In this document: one piece after another, positions 57,501-64,000 of the stretch
Layout: each line of letters begins with the position of its first letter
Numbering within the stretch: position 1 is the first letter of the stretch
IMG/VR virus record: IMGVR_UViG_3300018080_000118
Location: 1-64,000 of that record
Length of the DNA stretch: 64,000 nucleotides
Direction: 5' to 3' (one strand)
Source: a virus
The notes under the pieces: generated by a model
Databases searched by the model: none
What the model was told of the DNA's origin: nothing
What the model saw: the letters and a program-made list of their open reading frames with translations, nothing else
Made by a program: the position numbers and the translations under genes

Positions 57501-57784
57501 ACCGCACCCTGAAGATGGCACCCTCGCTTGCTGCGAAGTCTGACATCGGTCCTGGTGGTCATCCGATCGCGACCTATGCTTTCGGCAAGTTCTTCAACAC
57601 CAAACCAGCGCTCAACCAGAAGAGCTACGTGAAGACAGCGGAGGAGATCGTCGAAGAGCTCGACGAGCTGTCCGCTGTCGTAGAGCCGGACGCCCCCCTT
57701 GAGGCAGACGGCGCGCTGGATACCGATGTCTCAGACGCTCTCGGCGATTTGCTGACAACTCTGGGAGTGGTCAAGGAGGAGTAA
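51548..57784 (+). CDS. phage DNA-directed RNA polymerase, fused beta-beta' single chain
   Basis: Beta motifs DQNNPL, TPEG..IG, GYNFED, GDKLSHRAGGKG, KLRHQV..KLSAR. Beta' motifs NRAPTLHK, catalytic NADFDGD (55670-55690), GSRKGLVD, CAKCFG, IAEPMTQLTLRAFHTGG. Confidence 0.95.
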   Translation: MFTATESFSALLNRVKDLVARTFPVEGKNHTVRVSNLRWENVDAKFYSDPDIHKEYKTKGKTLSARLVGNVSIVDNKSRKVIAQESGYPLSLVPHITSKQAFIIGGKDVQVVNQLRLKPGTYTRYMADNNVETFINTPGGGYRVQFDRERKIFRVRVGQSTYVYLYPVLMGMGVPEEQLRRIWGNEILNVNRQYNRPDEMAKLYRKLRPYAPQPKDKTELAQAVISFFKSKPLDPDITKLTLGSPYKQIEPKVLVAASEKALKLAQGKAKADDTENLAYKSIHSVEDFIPEKIERAVPAIRRSIERELNRRQFMSRKNKVMDAVPPSLFTTPVLSFFTQSEFTRYSDQNNPLDMASVNALTTTLGEGGISSVHAVTDRLRTVHPSHAGVLDPLATPEGTRIGITGHLSAGARKIGNDLGLQVIDPKTGREVTRKIFDLEDKAVAFYDQYDFRGKKPRPKSQMVKARIKGELKEIPSGQVDFIFAHPSRFFGVVSNAIPFLHTNSPNRALMAGRHLEQAVPLKNPDVPSVQAKFGRKGFETTTGKLLASKSPVTGIVTTVRKNAITIRGDDGKTHTVKLHDHYPLNSNAFLHERPIVTKGQRVKKDQTIADSDFTRDGALAMGKTLRTAYMPYKGYNFEDGVVVSESAAKKLTSVHKHEIRLNLDPTISVGLSKLLALFPAYNEGLDRSKYGANGLVKKGTVLQPEELVIPAVRKVKVHEDFDYSKLHKALKNQWLDVSMKWDGHGPAEVVDVVKTRGFVSIYVKTDEQLEVGDKLSHRAGGKGIVTAILPDNEMYQDSKGNVIDLLYNPASVLGRANPGQLLEAAAGKVSEKTKTPYLVDNFDKPGDALKDVQAAMRAAGVKDTEEIYDPTTNKKIPNINVGNVHFIKLRHQVSKKLSARGNDSYTHDETPARITGKKANPLAIGSMELYSLLSGGGTAFLRDASTIKSQKNDEYWRAVQLGLPLPPVRTPFVVDKFTTFMRGAGIDLKQEGTKLKALPLIDKEIAIQSNGEIKSPGVVKANDLSPEKGGLFDRAITGGYDGNYWNHIELESEIPNPLMDDAIVGVLAPSIKKKQFNQIVNGTVFITPDGRLTTESKGNKTGGAGLKILLSKINVDAELKKARRDIKNQRGARRNVTAKRLRFLRALKQLGLSPVEAYLNKHVPVIPAKFRPIYPNPDGSLNVSDPIHGYREVIMINNQIKDLKRFGVDDKNLAPLRTQLYGAVRGLVGLQEPLTRNKNFRGFLSTIKGKQNKFGFFQGRVLKRRQDLTGRSTIIPDPKLGIDQVKIPDEMAFVIYKPYIMQKLRALGHMPLRARELIEKRDPIARSALTEVLKERPVLLNRAPTLHKFGLLSFKPTLTSGKAIKINPLVVGGFNADFDGDAMQVHVPVSEEARREAMTKLLPSSNLFSPRDDTLVHGPSKEMILGIYLMTTPEGKALRARSAADVLARYKSGKIQVNQAMKVGAKTICAGQVIFNEALPKEVRPGYIPIDKKKLMLLLSDLARKKPQISGQVISKVKDLGNKYVTEVGFSVGLKDLEFPYADRDKILAQAAKVSKRVGFAKAYAAAGDKLEAHMKKKLAKSNRFVVGATTSGAFGKPNQVMQTIASPVAVTDHEGKVIPIPIKKSLAEGLDIGSYWSIIPGSRKGLVDKGLSTADTGAFGKMLIAATVDTMVSMRDCGTREGITLPITDQDALDRVVAKGAYRGKVTTPALIRTLKARGKKTIDVRSPLHCKAQRGICAKCFGLLENGQFPSIGYHIGTLAGQTIAEPMTQLTLRAFHTGGTIGGGTVGFPRLKQILEMPTNVRGKATLAKVDGKVSNVKKSAAGGWEVTIDSMAHFVPQEQGLGVRIGSRVKAGDKISLGGVVKPQELLEATNDIRKVQDHIIGDINNEVFGPSGIRVKRKILETAIQPMTNRAEVTDPGDGDVAFGVHTGDVVQLNKLDSMNRKLKAKKKNLIQYIPALLSIRKVPQYHDDFIGQLVAERPHRTLKMAPSLAAKSDIGPGGHPIATYAFGKFFNTKPALNQKSYVKTAEEIVEELDELSAVVEPDAPLEADGALDTDVSDALGDLLTTLGVVKEE
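57753..57773 (+). repeat. 21-bp imperfect palindrome, copy 5; abuts the SD of the spike gene
   Basis: TGACAACTC-TGG-GAGTGGTCA. Confidence 0.9.
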
Positions 57785-59313
57785 TGCCTCAGCGCGGCGA
57801 GGCCTTTGGCCGATTCAGGACGGACGACGACACGCCCCCAATTCTTCGCGGCGGAGAGATCGTCAGCTACAACCCAGAGACGGATCTCTACACGGTCAAT
57901 GTGGACGGCTTCGGCGACATCGACTCCATGCGCGCCGTCAAGTACGGGGTGTACCGGCCCTACCCTGAAGAGACCCGAGTCATTTGCGTGTGCATGCGTG
58001 GGGTCTATTGGTCCATTATCGGCGGTCTTCCCAAATGGCAGAAGCCCGAGGATCCCCCCAAGTCACCAGCAGACACCATTGCTGCGCAAGACAAGGAGCT
58101 TCGGCGCGCCACAGCAGACAAGTATCAGGTCTTCGCCGCCAGCGCCCGGAAGCTTGACGAGGAGCTGCACTACGAAGGTGACTCGGTCCTCGACAACAAC
58201 AAGGGCAGCTTCATCAAGATCCTGGAGAGCGGCGATATCTGGGGCCTTGCCTCCTACGCCTGCTTCTTTCTTCTCAGTAAGGTGAAGAACGTCTTCATCG
58301 CCAGGGCACGGGACGCCCTCATCAGCTTCGCGGGATTCATCTTCAATGTGGAGACGGACACCAGCGTCAAGCAGGCAACGGCAAAGCTCGATGTGACAGG
58401 CGATCAGAAGGAGGAGTCTGATCCCGACTTCTCTGTGCGTGCGGGGTATCTTGGCGGCCAGGATCTCTTCGAGCAGAAGATGTCTACTGCCCCATCCCAG
58501 ATGCCAGAGCTGCTCTTGCCCACCACTAACGTGGCAGGAGGTGTTGGTGACGTTAGTTCTCTGGACGCTCTCTCCACGGAAACACCCTCGGTATCTTCCT
58601 CGATGGCTGACGCCTCGGGGACCCCTGTAGCCACCAAGGACGGCCGTGTTCTCTGGACGCTGCTCGGGGATCACACGCTGCTGGAGGTAGACAATGCGTC
58701 GGAGGAGGTCAGACTTTCTAGGGTGAGCGCACAGAGAAACGCCCGAACAGGCGCTCCGCGCAACACCGAGAAAGACACCAAGCAAGTTCGCCTTAACGGC
58801 AGCGAGCTCGCCCTCCAGTGGAAAGACCGCTGGGTCTCGTTGAACGACAGTCGAGTGTCTGTGTCCTACGGGGACAACTACTTCTCCGTGGACGACAAGA
58901 AGCTTTCGATGGTCTTCGGCGAGAATTTTATCATTGTGAACAAGAACGGCGTTCAGATAAAAGGATACCTGGAATTGGTTGGTGGCAGCATCAATCTTGT
59001 TGACGAAACCGTGGGCGCGGCGTATCGCCCCGAGACCGGCGGCGTGGCTGCGGAAGGCATCGCGAACATGCAGTTCAGCAGCCTCCCGCTGCCCAAGCTG
59101 GATTTGACGATGAATCTGACAGTGAACAAGCTGGCCCTGGTGAACGAGGTCTTCCTGCCCGCGTACGACCAGGACATGCTGGAGCTGCAGAAGCACTCGC
59201 ATCCTCTGGACCCGAACAAGACGACCGCGCTGCCCGCCCCGGATCTGGCGAAGAACCTCGACCAGCCAACCAAACAGTCCCAGAAATCGGCCCTAACCTC
59301 AAACGTAGTCTAG
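57784..59313 (+). CDS. baseplate central spike protein (gpV/gp5/VgrG-tip-like)
   Basis: N-terminal OB-fold-like GEIVSYNP...YTV, beta-strand repeats and a C-terminal HxH (KHSH). Confidence 0.6.
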   Translation: MPQRGEAFGRFRTDDDTPPILRGGEIVSYNPETDLYTVNVDGFGDIDSMRAVKYGVYRPYPEETRVICVCMRGVYWSIIGGLPKWQKPEDPPKSPADTIAAQDKELRRATADKYQVFAASARKLDEELHYEGDSVLDNNKGSFIKILESGDIWGLASYACFFLLSKVKNVFIARARDALISFAGFIFNVETDTSVKQATAKLDVTGDQKEESDPDFSVRAGYLGGQDLFEQKMSTAPSQMPELLLPTTNVAGGVGDVSSLDALSTETPSVSSSMADASGTPVATKDGRVLWTLLGDHTLLEVDNASEEVRLSRVSAQRNARTGAPRNTEKDTKQVRLNGSELALQWKDRWVSLNDSRVSVSYGDNYFSVDDKKLSMVFGENFIIVNKNGVQIKGYLELVGGSINLVDETVGAAYRPETGGVAAEGIANMQFSSLPLPKLDLTMNLTVNKLALVNEVFLPAYDQDMLELQKHSHPLDPNKTTALPAPDLAKNLDQPTKQSQKSALTSNVV

Positions 59314-59322
59314 GAGTGAACC

Positions 59323-60978
59323 ATGGAGCCTCTCTTTCTGACCCCGACGGACAGCTTCGAGAAGGAAGCGAACATCAAGCTGGAGCGGGACACCAAGCAG
59401 TGGCCGGAGAACATTACGGCCTTCCTGCACCAGGCTTATCCGTGGATCACCGATGCGAAGATCCAGGTGAACTTCAATCGCGTCGACGACGAGGAGGGCG
59501 CGGGTGTGGGGCAGGTGCAGCTCGACGACAAGGCCTCCATCCCGATCGTTATCGAGAACTTCAAGCTGCAGCCTCTCGATGTCTTCTGGGCAGGTGGCAA
59601 GCTGCAGCCTCTCACGAAGCAGGCCCTGCTTTCCGTTCTCGAAGGGACAGAGCTCGGCCGGCCAATCGCCCCTCGGAAGAGCGGCGCTGGCGATATGGCC
59701 CTTCTGTCGCGGACCCAGGTCCCGTACGACGGCCGCTACGTCTATGCGCATCAGCTGGACCTTTCCAAGGATGACATCTTCAAGGCAGCGCAAGAAGCCT
59801 TCGGCTACGCCGATCTTGCCACGGCGCTCAACACCAACCCCATCTTCAAGGAGGTCCTCACGGACTGGATGAAGACGGCGGGTGTGTCCAAGATCGCTGA
59901 GGCCAAGGCCCCTTCCTCGAATGCCGGGACTCACATCAGCATGACTCCTGGTGAGAAGATCCAGGAGAAGAAGGTCGAGGATCACAAGGAAGGCGAGAAC
60001 CACCGGCCCAAGAAAGAGAATCTCATCGAGAAGGAGACCCATCATCCTGGCGTCGTCAAGAAGGCCGGGGTCTTCGATCTCCCCATGGGGATGCAGAAGG
60101 TCGCGTGCATCGTGGCCAACCACATCGTCTCACTAGACGGCCACATCAAGGAAGACCAGATGGCCGCTTTCGAGCTTTCTGGTGATCGGTACTACTACGG
60201 CGCGAACTTCGTCGGCTACCGCAACAAGGGGCTGGAAAAGATCGCGGCCTTCGGCACGAATCGGGTCCAGGGCTGGGGAGCGTTCGTCCTCCAGACCGCC
60301 GATCCCACAGAGACTATCGCGACGGAACCTCTCAAGGTTCTTTTCCGCGAGCACACCGCTGAGGGTTTCGACAAGATTGCCGTGGAGACCATCGCCGGTC
60401 GGCGCGATCTCTTCATCTCGGAGGACGTCAAGAACTGGGCCGAGATCGATGGCGATCTCCACCTGAGCAGCAAGTGGACCTTCAAGCCGTGCGGCAAGAT
60501 GGAGAAGGTCTCGGGCTACATGCCCGTGTCGCCCACGGGCGCTGCTGTCCTGGAGAAATTCGCGGAGTGGCTGTCGCAGCCCCAGGAGCAGACGCCAGAG
60601 ACGACCAGTGTCGCGCCGAAGAATCTCTTCAAGGAGGCGGCCGCCATCCAGCCTGCCTCCATGTGGTTCCCGTTGTCCAACGCCCAGGGCACCAAGCTGA
60701 CGAAGGTCGCCGTGGACGTCAGCACCAACGAAGCCAAGAAGACGGTCGACACCCTACTCGGCCTCAACTTCATCACTCCGGAGAACTCCTACAAGTTCGC
60801 GGAGCAGCTGGAGAAAATCTCCGAAGCGAAGGAGGCTTGTGCAAAACTTCTCCTCGCTTCTCGTCTCGGTCTGCCGCTGCGCCACGCGCCGCTCAAGACC
60901 GCCATGTTCGCGCTCGACGCAGCTGAGCTGGATCTCGCCCAGTTCAACAATGTAGTGAGTGGATCTGATCAGCACTAA
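59323..60978 (+). CDS. hypothetical protein with multiple KxA sites; candidate head/core protein
   Basis: AGGAG SD; EKEA, MKTA, SKIA, QKVA, EKIA, DKIA, FKEA and TKVA sites. Confidence 0.75.
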   Translation: MEPLFLTPTDSFEKEANIKLERDTKQWPENITAFLHQAYPWITDAKIQVNFNRVDDEEGAGVGQVQLDDKASIPIVIENFKLQPLDVFWAGGKLQPLTKQALLSVLEGTELGRPIAPRKSGAGDMALLSRTQVPYDGRYVYAHQLDLSKDDIFKAAQEAFGYADLATALNTNPIFKEVLTDWMKTAGVSKIAEAKAPSSNAGTHISMTPGEKIQEKKVEDHKEGENHRPKKENLIEKETHHPGVVKKAGVFDLPMGMQKVACIVANHIVSLDGHIKEDQMAAFELSGDRYYYGANFVGYRNKGLEKIAAFGTNRVQGWGAFVLQTADPTETIATEPLKVLFREHTAEGFDKIAVETIAGRRDLFISEDVKNWAEIDGDLHLSSKWTFKPCGKMEKVSGYMPVSPTGAAVLEKFAEWLSQPQEQTPETTSVAPKNLFKEAAAIQPASMWFPLSNAQGTKLTKVAVDVSTNEAKKTVDTLLGLNFITPENSYKFAEQLEKISEAKEACAKLLLASRLGLPLRHAPLKTAMFALDAAELDLAQFNNVVSGSDQH

Positions 60979-60986
60979 GAGGACGC

Positions 60987-61481
60987 ATGCTTCGTTTCTT
61001 CACCTGGATCTGGTTGAAGTTCCTCGATCCAGTCTGGAACATCTTTCCGGCCTGGATTCAGTCCTGGAGCTATGACAAGAAGAAGGGGAAGGACATCTAT
61101 CACATGCTGCGCAGCCTCGCGCCGGACATTCAAAAGATCCAAAACCACATGAATGCGCTGGGCTTCGAGTGGACCTCAGACCCGCTCGGTGGCAGCCTCG
61201 ACTATCACTCCTTCGCGTGGGTCATCTGCGCCCGTGGAAAGGGGGACTGCGACGACTGGGCGCATCTCTGGTATCGCCTCCTTCGGCACCACGGAAAAGT
61301 CGAGAAGATGTATACTAGAAAGAAAGGCGGCGGCGCACATGCCATGACGATCTTCACCAAAGGCAACGTGTGCTACCTCCTGTCAAACCTCAGGCTGCGG
61401 ACCAAGGTTGGTGTGCTGGATAAGAAGCTTCTCCTCACTAACTTCTACGGCGAGGAGACGGACTTTTCGATCATCATCTGA
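60987..61481 (+). CDS. transglutaminase-like cysteine protease domain protein
   Basis: GKGDCDDWA and downstream GAHA; AGGAGG SD. Confidence 0.7.
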   Translation: MLRFFTWIWLKFLDPVWNIFPAWIQSWSYDKKKGKDIYHMLRSLAPDIQKIQNHMNALGFEWTSDPLGGSLDYHSFAWVICARGKGDCDDWAHLWYRLLRHHGKVEKMYTRKKGGGAHAMTIFTKGNVCYLLSNLRLRTKVGVLDKKLLLTNFYGEETDFSIII

Positions 61482-62518
61482 TGCTAACCAGAGCGCAAAT
61501 TTGCCGGAAGTACCAGATCACCCCGCAGACGTTCGACGGTGTGCGGAAGTTGCTGGAGGCCCAGCCTACGCCGAAACACGGCAATGTATTCTACGCCCTC
61601 ACGCCCAACGACGAGATCGCCCTCACCTGTGCGCGCAACCATATCTACAGCTTCGGGTCGGACGAGCCTCGGGCCACGGCCCGCGTTCTTCCCTTTCACA
61701 GATTCCTCAGTCTGCGCTTGCTGACGACACCCATCGAAGATATTCTCGATGAGCTTCATTACCGGCACCTGATCTCCAACAAGTTTGGGAAGGAGTACCT
61801 CAAGAAGCTGCACGGCAGGTTCGTTAAGAGGCTTCCAAAAACGCTGCAGCCCGTTGTGCGCGAGCTCGATGAGCCGCCCGCTGAGCTCAGCGACGCCTAC
61901 GACCTGATGATGGAAGTGCTGGGCATTGGTGTGATGTATGAAGAGCCCCTTTGGTTGGAGCTGTTCTTTGACCTTGTCGGAGATGCTCGCGTCAAGGATA
62001 AGGTCGAGACCATCTTCACCACCCACGGGGAGATGGCGGAGCATCAGCGCGCCCTGGAGGAGCAGACGTCTTTCCGGTGGCAGCCTACCGCAGTTGAAAT
62101 TTATAAGAGCATGTTCTACGACATCAGCCCGATGAACGATGCTGACTGGGATTATTATCTGCGGCGTCTGCGTGTATCAGAGCGACAGCACAAGCGCGCA
62201 GCCCGAGACATGACCACGTCGGAGTTCAACGTCCGAGAAGGGCTGCGGCCAAACTTCCGAGAGACCATGGAGGTGGCGCAGCTCCAGCTGCAGCGTGCGA
62301 TCAACAACCTCTACGACATCGGCATCGACGCCACGACGAAGCGCCTTGCTACCATGCTGGGTCTCTACACGAAACTGGGGGCTGCAACTGGCGAGGAGCT
62401 GCAAACCAAGACAGACAGCCGCTTCTTCGAGACCATCCGCATCACCGACGGCCCGAGCGAGTTCAAGGTGATCGACGACATCCAGACACCCAAGGTGGCG
62501 CGGGTAAAGCATGGCTAA
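61481..62518 (+). CDS. hypothetical protein; positional candidate for terminase small subunit
   Basis: N-terminal HTH-like segment (LTRAQICRKYQITPQT); overlaps the terminase large subunit gene. Confidence 0.6.
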   Translation: MLTRAQICRKYQITPQTFDGVRKLLEAQPTPKHGNVFYALTPNDEIALTCARNHIYSFGSDEPRATARVLPFHRFLSLRLLTTPIEDILDELHYRHLISNKFGKEYLKKLHGRFVKRLPKTLQPVVRELDEPPAELSDAYDLMMEVLGIGVMYEEPLWLELFFDLVGDARVKDKVETIFTTHGEMAEHQRALEEQTSFRWQPTAVEIYKSMFYDISPMNDADWDYYLRRLRVSERQHKRAARDMTTSEFNVREGLRPNFRETMEVAQLQLQRAINNLYDIGIDATTKRLATMLGLYTKLGAATGEELQTKTDSRFFETIRITDGPSEFKVIDDIQTPKVARVKHG

Positions 62519-64000
62519 TATTGACCCCTACTCTATGGTAACCCAGGTCGATACGCCCGTAGTGGAAATCGACATGAAGATGCGCAATGGCCTACCTGAC
62601 GCCATACAGCGTATCGATGATGACGCCAACGAGTATGGCGAGGTCCGTCACCGGGACCTGAACGTACCGGACATCGTACCCCAGGCGATCTACATCGAGC
62701 GCAGGCCCTTTCGGTACCGGGACATCATCAAGCAGATCGGCGGGCCGCCGCTGATCCATGACCGGACCTACCTCCGCCCCATCTACAACCTGGACGGAGC
62801 CTACCCAACAGGTTCTCGCAACAAGATCCTACAGACAGCCCGGCAGGTCGAGAAGAGCACGACAGCAGCGGTGATGGGGATTACCCTCGGGGCTTCGATC
62901 GAGAGTCTCAAGGGCCTCTATATTCAGCCTCGCTTCTCGCAGGTCACCGTCTTCAGCCAGCAGCGCTTCAAGAAGATCGCTGAAGAGTCTCCGAGGATCA
63001 AGGCCGAGATGCTCTCGACGAAAAACCTGTGGCAGGTGAGTGGCAAAGAGTTCAACAGCGGATCGATGTTCAACTTTCGTTCCTGTTACCTCTCTGCTGA
63101 CCCCGTTCGTGGTATCTCGACAGACTTTCTCAACGCTGACGAGCTGCAGGATTTGCCGTCTGATCAGATCCCGGTCATCGAGGAGTGCCAGTCTCACGCG
63201 CTACCAGACCGAAAGATTCGACTCTATACAGGCACGCCCAAGACGAAGATGAATCCGCTCAGTCAGCGTTACGATCGCTCGTGCATGTTCGAGTGGATGG
63301 TCAAGTGCCGGTGGTGCCCTCACTGGAATTATCTGGATGAGAAAGTCATCGGATCCAAGTTCTTCGTCTGCACGAAATGCGGGAAAGAGCTGTTTCCCAA
63401 ACGTCACAAGAACCCGGATGACGACAACGACTACGGCGGTGAGTGGGTCGCCATGAAGCCGAGCCTCCTGGACAAGTGGCAGGGTTTCCGGATCTCTCAG
63501 ATCCAGGTGCCGTTCCAGTCGTTTGAAGACGTTCTCGGCAAGCTGCACGATCCCGCTACCTCCTTTCCTGTCTTCTGCAACGAGGTGTTGGGTCTCCCCT
63601 CTGAAGAGGGAGAGCTCGTCCTCAGCGAGCACGACATTCTCCGGGTATGCGAGCCTAGGGAGATGGCCCGCCCCGAGGATCTCCCTCAGCTGGTTGGCGG
63701 GGCTCCAGTGTTCATGGGCATAGACCACGGGACAGGTGGCCGTCAGGCGGACACGCCTGGGAAGAAGCGCAATGCCGCCTCATACACCGTTGTCGTCTTG
63801 GCCTCGTGGTGCACCGACGAGAAGTTTCGAGTGTTCTACATGGAGAAGTTCCTCGGCGATCGGTCCAACCTGGCTCGACAGCCTGAGTTCTTCGACGAGA
63901 TAGCTCGCAGGTATAACGTGTACTGGGTTGGGTCAGACTGGGGCTTTGGGCACATCAACAACGAGCGTCTGCGAGACAAGTACGGTTGGGTCGACCGACA
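62511..64000 (+). CDS. terminase large subunit, lambda GpA-like; runs off the 3' end
   Basis: Walker A ARQVEKST, Walker B region FLNADELQD, YTGTPK, CxxC pairs, GEWVA, GFRISQ, NEVLGLP, nuclease motif MGIDHG. Not in the ORF track because the stop lies outside the window. Confidence 0.9.
   Translation, partial: MANIDPYSMVTQVDTPVVEIDMKMRNGLPDAIQRIDDDANEYGEVRHRDLNVPDIVPQAIYIERRPFRYRDIIKQIGGPPLIHDRTYLRPIYNLDGAYPTGSRNKILQTARQVEKSTTAAVMGITLGASIESLKGLYIQPRFSQVTVFSQQRFKKIAEESPRIKAEMLSTKNLWQVSGKEFNSGSMFNFRSCYLSADPVRGISTDFLNADELQDLPSDQIPVIEECQSHALPDRKIRLYTGTPKTKMNPLSQRYDRSCMFEWMVKCRWCPHWNYLDEKVIGSKFFVCTKCGKELFPKRHKNPDDDNDYGGEWVAMKPSLLDKWQGFRISQIQVPFQSFEDVLGKLHDPATSFPVFCNEVLGLPSEEGELVLSEHDILRVCEPREMARPEDLPQLVGGAPVFMGIDHGTGGRQADTPGKKRNAASYTVVVLASWCTDEKFRVFYMEKFLGDRSNLARQPEFFDEIARRYNVYWVGSDWGFGHINNERLRDKYGWVDR

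Noticed and set aside
8375-57773. CRISPR array or insertion-sequence ends to explain the 21-bp repeats
   Set aside because: Copies are isolated and kilobases apart, with no spacers, cas genes, transposase or target duplications.
51548-57784. Cellular rpoBC locus
   Set aside because: It is too short and divergent, has no rplL/rpsL neighbours, and is flanked by portal-like, spike and terminase genes.
1-64000. Genome-wide TAG reassignment (genetic code 15) suggested by tRNA(CUA)
   Set aside because: Long genes are intact under the standard code, and at least 12 genes end in TAG, usually followed by a new SD/start or a terminator.

Overview
This window looks like part of a large, GC-rich tailed-phage (jumbo-phage-like) genome; no cellular housekeeping genes are evident. 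The + strand carries long, tightly coupled morphogenesis operons: baseplate, tail-fibre and Ig/LamG proteins, a portal-like protein, a central spike and a GpA-type terminase large subunit running off the right end. It also carries a single-chain 2078-aa beta/beta'-fused RNA polymerase. A - strand island (about 7.5-16.2 kb) holds regulatory and translation-related genes and several RNAs: a tmRNA, an amber-suppressor tRNA(CUA), a circularly permuted tRNA-like RNA and two further structured RNA candidates. The top observation is missing from the ORF track: a Pth2-like peptidyl-tRNA hydrolase gene (11838..12182, -) with a strong SD and an in-frame TAG at codon 3, about 470 bp upstream of the tRNA(CUA) and then the tmRNA. 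This suggests an amber-gated ribosome-rescue circuit. Also notable are a 21-bp asymmetric palindrome found five times across 50 kb and a shared F-x3-F-x-x-E-x-x-K-x-A tag on eight otherwise unrelated ORFs. All protein calls come from motif recognition by eye; no database searches were run.
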